Source: an uncultured Candidatus Rokubacteria bacterium
GTDB taxonomy: Bacteria; Methylomirabilota; Methylomirabilia; Rokubacteriales; CSP1-6
DNA: 64,000 nucleotides
Direction: 5' to 3'
Assembly: GCA_963789955.1 (NCBI GenBank)
Contig: CAWBMV010000012.1
Location: 96,001 to 160,000 of the forward strand
In this document: positions 9,532-19,156 of the stretch, piece after piece
Layout: each line of letters begins with the position of its first letter
Numbering within the stretch: position 1 is the stretch's first letter
Program-made: the position numbers and the translations under genes
Notes under the pieces: model-generated
Told to the model about the DNA's origin: nothing
What the model saw: only the letters and a program-made list of their open reading frames with translations
The model's database searches: none

Positions 9532-10752
9532 CTAGCCGAGCGGCCCCTGGAAGACCTGATCGACATACGTGTCGGAGAGAGGCTCGAGCGTCTCCGGCCA
9601 CGCGCCGTTGACAGCCCGCCGCTGGGCGGCGGGGCGCACGGCGCCGTCCCAGCCGACCTGTTCCATGTAGTAGTAGAGCTGCACGCAGTGCCCGTCGGGG
9701 TCGAGCGCGAACGCCGAGTAGTCGATGCCCGGATAGAGCTCGGGCGGGATCGAGTCGACGAACTTCACGCCGCGGGACTTCAAGAACTCCACGCCCTGAC
9801 GGAGCTGGGTGTAGCTGCCGACCTCGACGCCGAACGACATGCACGTCGTGTGCTCGGAGAGCCCGAGCGTGCGCCGCAGCTCGCGCGGGAAGAGCCCGAC
9901 GCTGTGGTGCTCGGCCCCCGCGCGCAGGAACACGCAGCGCGCGCCGCGATAGGTGGTCTCCTCGCTCTTCACGAATCCGAGGTGCCCGGTGTAGAAGGCC
10001 TCGGCGCGCGCGACGTCGGCGACGAACAAGCCGACCGGGCCGATCTTGGTGATCTTGAACGGGCGCGGCAGCAGCACGCCCTCGACGTCGTACGTCTCGT
10101 CGAGTGTTTCGCGCGTGCGGTTGCCGGAGAAGATGTCGATGCCCTTGTCGAGCGCCTCGGCGACCTCGGTGATCTCGGAGACCTGGGGCAGCGACGGCTT
10201 CTCGCGGAAGCCGCGATAGTACATCTCGGTGGGTTTGCTGAGCTGATTCCAGCCGATCTGCTCGATGCCGTAGTAGAGCTCGATCGTGTGGCCGTCCGGG
10301 TCGTAGACGTAGACGTGCCAGTTGCTGCCCGGCATGTCTCGTCCCACGCGCTGGATGGTGACGCCCTGATCCTGGAAGTACGAGTGGGCGTCCATGATCT
10401 CCTTGAGGCTGCCGCACTGCCAGGTGATCTGATTGACCGTCACCTCCGGCGCGAACTTCCGATCGGGCCGGTGGTCCAGCACCTTCTTGTTGAAGAGCAC
10501 GAAGGCGTGATGGTCCGTGCCGTAGCGCATGAAGTAGCCGCGCGTGTCGCCGAGGTCGGCGCCCTTCGGGGCCCAGGGCATCTTGCCGAAGTCGAGGACG
10601 TCGGAGTGCTTGAAGCCGAGCAGGTCACGGTAGAAGTCTCGCGACTCGTCCATCCGGACCGCGTTGAAGCCGAAATGCCCGAGCCGCCGGATCTTGAAGG
10701 GGCGCGGCATGATGACGCCGCCCACGTTGAAGCGCTTGCCGTTCGATGCCAT
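9532..10752 (-). CDS. Two-module VOC family protein (extradiol dioxygenase-like)
   Basis: Two repeated modules (PRPFKIRRLGHFG and PRPFKITKIGPVG; DHH/EHH; DPDGH..ELYY). Confidence 0.88.
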   Translation of the reverse strand: MASNGKRFNVGGVIMPRPFKIRRLGHFGFNAVRMDESRDFYRDLLGFKHSDVLDFGKMPWAPKGADLGDTRGYFMRYGTDHHAFVLFNKKVLDHRPDRKFAPEVTVNQITWQCGSLKEIMDAHSYFQDQGVTIQRVGRDMPGSNWHVYVYDPDGHTIELYYGIEQIGWNQLSKPTEMYYRGFREKPSLPQVSEITEVAEALDKGIDIFSGNRTRETLDETYDVEGVLLPRPFKITKIGPVGLFVADVARAEAFYTGHLGFVKSEETTYRGARCVFLRAGAEHHSVGLFPRELRRTLGLSEHTTCMSFGVEVGSYTQLRQGVEFLKSRGVKFVDSIPPELYPGIDYSAFALDPDGHCVQLYYYMEQVGWDGAVRPAAQRRAVNGAWPETLEPLSDTYVDQVFQGPLG

Positions 10753-10764
10753 GGTTCGTTCCTC

Positions 10765-11205
10765 CTAGCCTGCTCCGCCCTTTTCAATGCCGGTCGCGCG
10801 GTCCACCGAGAGGGAACCCGGTCCGGTCAACAAGATCACCAGCGCCATCACGCCGAAGGCGAGCGGGAGCTCGAAGCCGTTCTTCGAAGCGAAGAAGCCG
10901 TTGGGCATGTGTACCTTGGCGATCGCGACCCCCATGTCGATGACGAGGCCGGCAGCCCAGAAGCGCGTCAGAAAGCCGAGGACGAGGCAGATGCCGCCGA
11001 CGAACTCGGTGATCGAGAGAACCCACGCCAGGATCTGGGCGGGCTCGAGACCGAGCTTCGTGAGCATGCCGGCGACTCCGGCGATTCCTGGGCCGCCGAA
11101 CGCACCCAGGAGCTTCTGCGATCCGTGCATCATGAAGGCGAACCCCAGGAACAGCCTCAGGATCAGGACGGCCAACCGCTCCAACCCCTCGAGCCGTTGT
11201 GGCAC
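10765..11205 (-). CDS. DoxX family membrane protein
   Basis: LRLFLG..F..HG.QKL.G.FGGPG, EFVGG..L.LG.LTR and GPGSLSVD; GTG start with GGGAGG RBS. Confidence 0.92.
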   Translation of the reverse strand: MPQRLEGLERLAVLILRLFLGFAFMMHGSQKLLGAFGGPGIAGVAGMLTKLGLEPAQILAWVLSITEFVGGICLVLGFLTRFWAAGLVIDMGVAIAKVHMPNGFFASKNGFELPLAFGVMALVILLTGPGSLSVDRATGIEKGGAG

Positions 11206-11307
11206 GGACGACCTCCCTTTCTCTCGGGCCCGTCAGGCCCGAACCTGAACCTCGGCGCAGCGCGTGGATCGCTCGCTTCACGAGCGAGGATGCCTGGAGC
11301 GGGGCCC

Positions 11308-11695
11308 CTATCGCAAGATTCTGTTTCGCTCCGGCTCAGTCGGACCGCCGAGCCCGTCGGCGCGAGCGGTGCCGTGACGCCGTCGCCGCCAGAGACGGTA
11401 GCCGACGATCGCCGAGGAGCCCGGCGGGCACGATCAGGAAGAAGGCCCGCTGGCGTCCGAGCCATTCGAGGATCTCCTCGACCTGGTCGCTGAAGACATG
11501 CCCGAGCACGACCCATAAGGCGGCATAGGCCAGCGAGCCCGCCAGGTCGTACAGCACGAAGCGGCGATAGGCGAAATGCCCGAGCGCTCAAGATGGCGGC
11601 GAACAGCCGATCGCGTCGATCGCGCTCACGACGAAGACGGTCAGATAGAGGTGGGGGACCAGGAACAGCACGAACCGATCGGTCGCGGCTTCCAT
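11308..11695 (-). pseudogene. Internally deleted DedA/VTT-family membrane protein remnant
   Basis: N-terminus MEAATDRFVLFLVPHLYLTVFVVSAIDA is joined directly to the C-terminal RLFAAILS..GHFAYRRFVLYDLAGSLAYAALW..LG..F....E..L segment. The central core is absent and further frameshifts are present. Confidence 0.65.
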
Positions 11696-11703
11696 CGACC
11701 GAC

Positions 11704-12585
11704 TCAGCGGGCCAGGAAGCTCCGGACGATACGCAGGAATTCCGCGAGCCGATCGTGATGGAGCCAATGGCCGGCGCCGTCGATGCCCATCACCTGCGCA
11801 TGGCGGAAGTGCGCGGCCCGTCCGTCCTCGACGGGATTGCCGGCGCGGCTCTCCTTACCGTAGAGGAGCAGGGTGGGGCACGTGATGCGCGACCACAGCA
11901 GCTGGATGTCCTGGCCGCGCATGTCATAGGGCGGCCACGCGCGAACGTAGTTGTCGAACTTCCAGCTGTGCGTCCCATCCTCGTTCTGGTTGGCGCCGTG
12001 CACCGTCAGATGACGGGCCTGCTCGGCGGTGAGACGCGGGTTCTCTTCCTGCATGCGGTGAAGGGCGTCCTCGATCGAGTTGTAGCGTCGCGGCAGCCGG
12101 CCGGCGAGACCGCGCTGCTCGCCGATCCACTCGTCCATGCGCTCGACGATCGTCTTCGTCTTGAACTTCTCGAGCTGGGCGGGCGAGGGCCCGAGGCCTT
12201 CGATGGCCACGAGCCGGGCGACGGTGTCGGGATAGAGGCCCGCGTAGCGCAAAGCGATCTGGCCGCCGAGCGAGTGGGCGATGATCGTCACCGGCGCCAG
12301 GTGCTGCTGGTGGACGAGCTGAGCCAGGTCGTAGATGTAGCCGGCGATGGTGTAGCTGCCGTCGCTCGACCACGCGCTGTCGCCGTGGCCCCGCAGGTCG
12401 GGCGCCAGGATGTGCCAGTCGTCGCGCAGTGCCTCGGCCGCCCAGTCCCAGTTGCGACAGTGGTCGCGGCCGCCGTGCAGCATCACCATCGGGGGCTTCG
12501 TCGAGTTGCCCCAGTCGACGTAGTGCAGGCGCAGGCGCTGCGAGAAGAATGTGTGGGACGTCGGTCCCGGCATGCGGCCGGTCAT
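11704..12585 (-). CDS. Alpha/beta fold hydrolase
   Basis: LHGGRDH, DLRGHGDS, AHSLGG nucleophile elbow and GHWLHHD. Confidence 0.92.
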   Translation of the reverse strand: MTGRMPGPTSHTFFSQRLRLHYVDWGNSTKPPMVMLHGGRDHCRNWDWAAEALRDDWHILAPDLRGHGDSAWSSDGSYTIAGYIYDLAQLVHQQHLAPVTIIAHSLGGQIALRYAGLYPDTVARLVAIEGLGPSPAQLEKFKTKTIVERMDEWIGEQRGLAGRLPRRYNSIEDALHRMQEENPRLTAEQARHLTVHGANQNEDGTHSWKFDNYVRAWPPYDMRGQDIQLLWSRITCPTLLLYGKESRAGNPVEDGRAAHFRHAQVMGIDGAGHWLHHDRLAEFLRIVRSFLAR

Positions 12586-12640
12586 GGGTCGCCTTCTATG
12601 CTAGCATCCCGACCGTTCGAGTCCTTACAGGGAGGAAGCG

Positions 12641-12976
12641 ATGGGGACATTTCGGATGTACGCGGGCGCCGATCAGCAGGCGCACATCGAGAAGATCGAG
12701 CTCAAGGCGAAGCCGGACTGGCTGAAGGGACTTGCCGCGAGCCAGATCACGTTCCGCGAGTGGCCGGCCGGCCAGTTTCTCGACTGGCACCCGGCGCCGC
12801 GGCGTCAGTTCGTGATCATCCTTTCTGGACAGCTCGAGATCGGCCTGGGTGACGGCTCGAAGCACGTGTTTGGACCGGGCGACGCACGACTCGTCGAAGA
12901 CACCACGGGCAAGGGGCATACCACGCGCGTGCTCGGTGACCAGATCTGTGTGACGGCGACCGTCCCGCTGGCGTAG
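12641..12976 (+). CDS. Small cupin-like protein
   Basis: DWHPAPRRQ...LSG.LEI..GDG....GPGD..L.EDTTGKGH motif; GGAGG RBS. Confidence 0.85.
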   Translation: MGTFRMYAGADQQAHIEKIELKAKPDWLKGLAASQITFREWPAGQFLDWHPAPRRQFVIILSGQLEIGLGDGSKHVFGPGDARLVEDTTGKGHTTRVLGDQICVTATVPLA

Positions 12977-13007
12977 CCGCCTCGTCAAACCTCAAAAGGA
13001 GCCGGAT

Positions 13008-13991
13008 ATGGCGACCAAGATCCTCTTCATTCCCAAGCAACCCGACGCGATCCTCGACATGGCGCGCAAGCTGACGCCTCCCGGCTTCGAGCTCGTGGTC
13101 GTCGACCAGGACACCCCGGAGTTTTACGAGGCGGTCAAGGACGCGGAGTACGTCATGGGGCTCGGCCGCCCGATCGCCGGCGAGTTCTTCCGCTCGGCGC
13201 CGAAGCTCAAGCTCGTCCAGCTCCTCAGCGCCGGGTACGACCGTGTCGACATCGAGTCGGCGCGGAAGGCCAAGGTGCCCGTCGCGAACAACGGCGGCGC
13301 CAACGCGATCGCCGTGTCCGAGCACGCGATCATGCTGATGCTCGCGGTCCTGAAGCGGCTGGTCGTGTTCCACAACGACGTCGTCGCCGGTAAGTGGCGC
13401 GTGGGCAACCACCTCGACTCGCGGGTGTTCGAGCTGCACGGCAAGACGCTCGGCATCGTCGGCCTCGGCAACATCGGCAAGAAGGTCGCCCGGCTGGCGC
13501 ACGCGTTCAACATGAACGTCCTGTACTACGACGTCGCGCGACTCACCGAGGACCAGGAAGACGCCCTCGGCGTCCGCTTCGTGCTCTTCACCGAGCTTCT
13601 GCAGGCGGCGGACATCGTCAGCCTGCACGTGCCGCTCGACGAGAGCACGCGCAATCTCATCGGCGCGCGCGAGCTGGCGATGATGAAGAAGACCGCGATC
13701 CTCATCAACACCTGCCGCGGGCCGGTCGTCGACGAGGCGGCGCTTCACAAGGCGCTGACGAGCGGACAGATCCTGGCCGCCGGGCTCGACGTGCTGGTCG
13801 AGGAGCCGGCGAAGGCCAATCATCCGCTCTATGCGCTGAAGAACGTGACCCTCACCCCGCACTCGGCCGGACCGACCTGGGAGAACTGGTCGGCGCGCTT
13901 CCGCAACGGCTTCGACAACATCCAGCGCGTTGCGACGGGTCGCGCGCCGAAGTGGGTGATCCCGGAGCTACTCACGCCGCCGGGAGCCTAG
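13008..13991 (+). CDS. 2-hydroxyacid dehydrogenase (lactate/glycerate dehydrogenase-like)
   Basis: SAGYD, GLGNIG, INTCRG, GLDV..EEP and TPHSAG motifs. Confidence 0.93.
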   Translation: MATKILFIPKQPDAILDMARKLTPPGFELVVVDQDTPEFYEAVKDAEYVMGLGRPIAGEFFRSAPKLKLVQLLSAGYDRVDIESARKAKVPVANNGGANAIAVSEHAIMLMLAVLKRLVVFHNDVVAGKWRVGNHLDSRVFELHGKTLGIVGLGNIGKKVARLAHAFNMNVLYYDVARLTEDQEDALGVRFVLFTELLQAADIVSLHVPLDESTRNLIGARELAMMKKTAILINTCRGPVVDEAALHKALTSGQILAAGLDVLVEEPAKANHPLYALKNVTLTPHSAGPTWENWSARFRNGFDNIQRVATGRAPKWVIPELLTPPGA

Positions 13992-13993
13992 CG

Positions 13994-14788
13994 GTGGTCG
14001 ATCTGGGCCAGTCGCTCGCGGATCGGGTCGCGATCGTCACCGGCGCCGCGCGCGGCATCGGCCGCGCCACGGCGCTGGCGCTGGGGCGGGCCGGCGCGCA
14101 CGTCGTCGCGGTCGACCTCGAAGAGGCGGCCGCGAAGGCGACCGCCGACGGAGTCAGCGCGCTCGGGCGCAAGGCGCTGGCCCTGGGCGCCGACGTCGGG
14201 GATCTCAAGAGTATCGACACGATGACCCGGCGGACGATGGACACGTTCGGTCAGATCGACGTGCTCGTGAACAACGCCGGTGTCACGCGGCGCGCCTACA
14301 TCATGGATCTCACCGAAGAGGACTGGGATCGCATCATGCGCGTCAACGGCAAGGGCGTCTTCTTCAGCTTGCAGCGAGTCGCGCGCGAGATGATCCCGCG
14401 GCGCCGGGGCGTCATCGTGAACATCGCGTCCATTGCCGGCAAAGGATTCGCCGGCGCCTCGAACGTGATCTATGCCGGCACCAAGGGCGCCGTCATCAGC
14501 ATGACCCGCATGGCGTCACTCCAGCTCGCCCCGCACAACATCAACGTGAACGCGATCTGTCCGGGCACGACCCTGAGCGCGCTCTCGGAGGCGAATTTGC
14601 GGGTGCGCGCGGCCTCGGAGGGGGTCACGGTCGAAGAGATGGAGAGGCGGCGGAACGCCGCCATCCCGCTCGGGCGGCCGAACGAGCCCGAGGATGTCGC
14701 CGCGCTGGCCGTGTTCCTCGCCTCTCCTGGGGCGCGCAACATCACCGGCCAGTCGTTCAACGTGGACGGCGGCATCATCTTCGACTGA
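13994..14788 (+). CDS. SDR family oxidoreductase
   Basis: TGAARGIG, NNAG, YAGTK and ITGQSFNVDGG; probable GTG start at 13994. Confidence 0.92.
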   Translation: MVDLGQSLADRVAIVTGAARGIGRATALALGRAGAHVVAVDLEEAAAKATADGVSALGRKALALGADVGDLKSIDTMTRRTMDTFGQIDVLVNNAGVTRRAYIMDLTEEDWDRIMRVNGKGVFFSLQRVAREMIPRRRGVIVNIASIAGKGFAGASNVIYAGTKGAVISMTRMASLQLAPHNINVNAICPGTTLSALSEANLRVRAASEGVTVEEMERRRNAAIPLGRPNEPEDVAALAVFLASPGARNITGQSFNVDGGIIFD

Positions 14789-14892
14789 GCGCCGGCGGAA
14801 CGGCAGGCACGGGGGTCTCCTGAATTGATAAGATAGATGTGTTCAAGGAGCTGAAAGCTCCGGCTTAACCTGCCTTCAGGCAGGAGGCCTTT

Positions 14893-15321
14893 GTGGAAAC
14901 CATTTTGCTGGTGGACGACGAGGCCGACATCCTTGCCACGGCCCGCGAAATGCTCGAAGGGCAAGGGTTCGAGATCCTCGACGCGCTCGATGCCGAAGAT
15001 GCGGTGCGCGTCGCCGCCGCGTATTCCGGCCCCATCCATCTCCTGCTCACCGACGTCGTGATGCCCGGCGCGAGCGGCCAGGATCTGGCGCAGATGCTGG
15101 GACTGCAACGCCCCGATCTGCGAGTCCTCTACATGTCGAGCTTCGCGATCATCAAGGGGCAGCGCCAGTTCGCGGAGACCGAGACGGGGCTGGAGCTCGG
15201 CGCCCCGATCCTTCTCAAGCCCTTCACCGAAGAGCGTCTCATCGAGAAGGTGCACGAGGTGCTCGACGCCAAACCGCCCTCGCCGTTCGACCAGCCGCCC
15301 GATCCGTGGCGAAACGTCTAG
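14893..15321 (+). CDS. Single-domain response regulator (CheY-like receiver)
   Basis: ILLVDDE, LLLTDVVMPG, LYMS and KPF motifs; AGGAGG RBS. Confidence 0.92.
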   Translation: METILLVDDEADILATAREMLEGQGFEILDALDAEDAVRVAAAYSGPIHLLLTDVVMPGASGQDLAQMLGLQRPDLRVLYMSSFAIIKGQRQFAETETGLELGAPILLKPFTEERLIEKVHEVLDAKPPSPFDQPPDPWRNV

Positions 15322-15331
15322 GACGCGTCGC

Positions 15332-17651
15332 CTAGAGTCCCGAACGCTCCTCGGTCGGCGGCGGATCGTAAGCGCGAACCGGCGGCAGCGGGCCCGTCCA
15401 ACGCTCGACCTCGACGAGCGCGTGCTGCCCCGAGCACCCCTGGGCCAGCTTCGAGGTGCCGCGATCGAAGGTGAGGACGTTCGGGTTACCGTGCACGCAC
15501 ATCGCGTCGGGATCGGCCGGATCCAGGGGATCGTACCAGGCGCCCGTCGAGAGCTGCACCACACGCGGGCGTACGGCCGGACTCACCACGGCGCCGGCCA
15601 GGCAGCTCCCGCGCTCGTTGAAGACGCGTACCACGTCTCCGCTCCGGATCCCGCGCGCGGCGGCATCGGCGGGATGCAGACGGATCGGCTCCCGGCCGCG
15701 CACCTTGCTCGACTGGCTGAAGGCGCCGACGTCGAGCTGGCTGTGGAGCCGCGTCGTGGGATTGTTCGCGATGAGCTGGAGCGGGAAGCGCCGGGCGAGC
15801 GGCGCGCCGAGCCACTCGACGGGCTCGAGCCAGGTCGGGTGGCCCGGGCAATCGTCGTAGCCGAATCCATCGATCGTCGCCGAGAAGATCTCGAGCCTGC
15901 CGCTCGGTGTGCCGAGCGGTGTTCCTTCGGGGTCGGCCCGGAATTGCTGGAGCAGGACGAGGTCGTCGTCGGCGCCGCCGGTCTCGAAGAAGCCGGTCTC
16001 CCAGAACTTGTCGAATGCCGGCGCCGAGCCGCCGTCGTCCGCCACCCGCGAGCGCCACTCTTCGTAGAGATGTCGTAGCCACGCCTGCTCGTCCCGACCT
16101 TCGGTGAATCGCTCGCCGATTCCGAGCGCGCCCGCGAGGTCGGCGAAGATCGCGAAGTCGCTCCGGGCCTGCGCCCAGGGCTCGACCGCCTGACGCATGG
16201 CGATGAGACAGCCGTCGTTCGGCGAGCCGCCGATGTCGTTCCGCTCGAGCGTCATCGTCGCCGGCAACACGACGTCCGCGTGGCGGGCCATCGGCGTCCA
16301 GAACGAGTCGTGGACGACGATCGTCTCCGGCCTGGCGAGCGCGCGGCGCAGGCGGGCCAGGTCTTGATGGTGATGGAAGGGATTGCCGCCGCACCAGTAG
16401 ACGAGGCGAATGTCCGGGTAGGTGAGCCGCCGCCCGTCGAAGTCGAACGGCTCGCCCGGGCCGAGCAGCATGTCCGCCACGCGCGCGAACGGAATGAAGT
16501 CGCTGACGGAGTTGCGGCCCTGCGGCAAGGTCGGCGGGCCCACACGCATCGGCGCGCGACCGATGTAGCCGAGCGAACCGTAGCCCTGGCCGAAGCCACC
16601 GCCGGGCAGCCCGATCTGGCCGAGCATGGCCGCCAGGGTCACCGCGAGCCACGGCGCCTGCTCGCCGTGCTCGATGCGCTGGAGCGAGTAGTTGACGTTG
16701 ATGAGGGTCCGCTTCGCGGCCATGCGCCGGGCGAGCGCGCGGATGCTCGCCGCCGGGATCTCGGACAGCCGTTCGGCCCACTCGGGCGTCTTCGGGCATC
16801 CGTCGCCGGCCCCGAGCACGTAGAGCTTCGAACCGCTCGTAGCCGACACAGTAGCGGGTGAGGAACGCGCGGTCGTGCAGGTCTTCGCTGACGAGCGTGT
16901 GCGCGAGTGCCAGCATCACGGCCACGTCCGTGCCCGGCGCGATCGCGAGCCACTCGGCGCTGACGAACCCGGGAAGGTCGTCGCGCACGGGGCTCACCAG
17001 CACGAACTCGGCGCCGCGCTCGCGCGCCCGGCGCAGATGATCGCGCGCCGGATGCCGGCTGGCGCCGCCGGGGCTGACCATCGTGTTCTTGATGGGGATG
17101 CCGCCGAAGCAGAGGAAGAGCTCCGTGTGGCGCTCGAGCACCGACCACGCCGTCGCCCGGTCGAGGAACTCGCGCATCGAGCCGACCACGTGCGGCATGA
17201 TGACCGACTGCGCCCCGTTGCTATAGGTGTGCTCGCCGCGCACGTACCCACCCAGGCAGTTCAGGAAGCGATGGAGCTGCGACTGCGCGTGGTGGAAGCG
17301 TCCGGCGCTGCTCCAGCCGTAGGATCCCCCGTAGACGCTCGAACCGCCGTGGCGCTCGTAGACGCGGCGGAGCTCGAGCCCCAGCCGATCGATGGCGGTC
17401 GCCCAGCTGACGGGCACGAAAGGCTCGGCGCCGCGGCGCGTGTCGGCGCCGGGGCCTCGATCGAGCCAGCCGGCGCGGATCATCGGCTGCGTGATCCTCG
17501 CGCGATGACGCAGACTGTCGACGATGTTGCCGAGCAGCGGGGAGGGATCGGGGTCGTGGCGATAGGGGTGAATCGCCACGACCGTGCCGTCCGCGACTTC
17601 AGCTTCGAATGCGCCCCAGTGAGACGAGTGCGAAACGAGCTCGCGCGCCAT
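15332..17651 (-). CDS. Mo-bisPGD oxidoreductase, biotin-sulfoxide/TMAO/DMSO reductase clade (frameshift near 16830)
   Basis: HSSHWGAF, YGGSYGWSSAGRFHHAQSQ, TYSNGA (Ser ligand), GGNPFHHHQD and RLHSQLD. No Tat signal. Two ORFs are joined by one indel. Confidence 0.9.
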
Positions 17652-17692
17652 GCCCGTCAGGATATCAAAGCGGGCTGCGCGGTCGCCCGAAG

Positions 17693-18310
17693 CTACAGGG
17701 AAGCGGTACGCCGATCGAGCTTCTTGAGGATGCGCTTCACGTAGGCGCGGGTCTCTCGGTACGGCGGGACCCCGCGGTGCTTGATCACGGCCACCTCACC
17801 GGCGTTGTACGCCGCGAGGACGAGCGGCAGATTGTTGCTGCCGAATCGATCCATCAGCGCGCGCAGGTGCCGCACGCCGGCGTCGATATTCGCCCGCGGA
17901 TCGAACGGATCGCGGACTCCGAGCGTTCTCGCGGTCTTGGGCATGAGCTGCATCAGGCCCCGCGCACCCCGTCGCGACACGGCGCGCGGGTTGTTGTCGG
18001 ACTCGGCCTCGATCACGGCGGCGACGAGATCCGCCGGCACTCCGTAGCGAGCCGACACTTCTTTGATGTACGCGTCCATATCGTCTTCGACGTCAGCTTC
18101 TGTATTTCCGGAGGCGGTCTCGACAGGAGCGGCCTCGACGCGGGCCTCCTGGGCGACCGGACGTACGTCACGCCCGCCCGACACGCCCGACACGCCGGAG
18201 AGGAAGTACCCGGCGCTCACCGTCACGAGCAGGACCCCCAGGCCGAGCAAGTGGCGCTCGATGACCCAGTCGGGACCCTGGACTTTTGCGGAACGTCCCA
18301 CGGTATCCAT
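17693..18310 (-). CDS. Lytic transglycosylase (SLT domain) with N-terminal membrane anchor
   Basis: VIEAES, AVSRRGARGLMQLMP, LAAYNAG and PPYRETRAYV motifs; start uncertain. Confidence 0.88.
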   Translation of the reverse strand: MDTVGRSAKVQGPDWVIERHLLGLGVLLVTVSAGYFLSGVSGVSGGRDVRPVAQEARVEAAPVETASGNTEADVEDDMDAYIKEVSARYGVPADLVAAVIEAESDNNPRAVSRRGARGLMQLMPKTARTLGVRDPFDPRANIDAGVRHLRALMDRFGSNNLPLVLAAYNAGEVAVIKHRGVPPYRETRAYVKRILKKLDRRTASL

Positions 18311-18478
18311 GCCACTCTGCAGGGGCAAATCCGATACCGAAATGGGACTCTGAAGCCAGATCAAGGGTTTAGCGCTCCGCTGGCCAGGTCTGGGCCGCTC
18401 AGTCCCTGCTCGAAACCGCCCGTCTTGGACCACCGTTTCCGGAAAGGTGACTCAAAATGTCACGCCGGCCGGGAGGCG

Positions 18479-19156
18479 TCAGGAGCCGCGGTATGGCTCG
18501 ACGAACTTGCGCGGGATGCGCCACTCCGACTTGAGCGACACGACGAACGCGACCTGCGCCGGCTCGCCGGCCGCGAGCGGCAGCGGCTTGCCCGTCTTGT
18601 CCGTGTCGCCGCGCAGGCGCGGATGCCAGACGCGCGCTTCGTAGGCGCCGGGCGCGAGACCCTCGAGCCGGGCCTTGCCGTCGGCCGCGGTCTTGACGAA
18701 GTAAGGTGTCGTCAGGACGTAGATGTAGGCCAGCATCCAGTCGTGGATGTTGCAGCCGAGCGCGACGACGCCGGGCTTGTCGAAGACGACCGGCGCCGCG
18801 GGTGTCCCGATGTAGAGCGGCAGCTCGAACTTCTTCGCGGAGGAAAACGAGTACACGTGATGCCGGATGTTGTCGCGGTTGGGAAAGGTCACGCGTGTGC
18901 CGACGTAGACCGGCAGCACGTATGGGACGAACTCCTTGTCGTGCTGGTCCATGAGAGAGGTCGAAGAAGGCGGTGCGGCTGGCGTCGTTCCGAGCGGCGT
19001 CAGGGAGACCACGGCGTCTTCGATCGGCTTGCCCTTTTCGTCCGCCACCATCGCCTCGACCGGGCCGCTCGGCGCCTGCGCCTTCACGCCGGCCCGCGTC
19101 GCGAAGACCACGGTCAGCAAGGCGAGGAGCACGGCGACCGTCAGCCGTCGCGTCAT
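18479..19156 (-). CDS. Secreted cupredoxin-like ('methylamine utilization protein'-type) protein
   Basis: Signal peptide; FPNRDNIRHHVYSFS, FELPLY and LGCNIHDWM motifs. Confidence 0.85.
   Translation of the reverse strand: MTRRLTVAVLLALLTVVFATRAGVKAQAPSGPVEAMVADEKGKPIEDAVVSLTPLGTTPAAPPSSTSLMDQHDKEFVPYVLPVYVGTRVTFPNRDNIRHHVYSFSSAKKFELPLYIGTPAAPVVFDKPGVVALGCNIHDWMLAYIYVLTTPYFVKTAADGKARLEGLAPGAYEARVWHPRLRGDTDKTGKPLPLAAGEPAQVAFVVSLKSEWRIPRKFVEPYRGS

Noticed and set aside
11588..11590. In-frame TGA inside the DedA remnant
   Set aside because: The DedA-like residues here (RLFAAILS) are in another frame, so this is a deletion/frameshift by-product.
18371..18386. GG-N10-GC (TGGCCAGCGGAGCGCT, minus strand) upstream of the lytic transglycosylase
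   Set aside because: Poor match at the -12 element and likely by chance in high-GC DNA.
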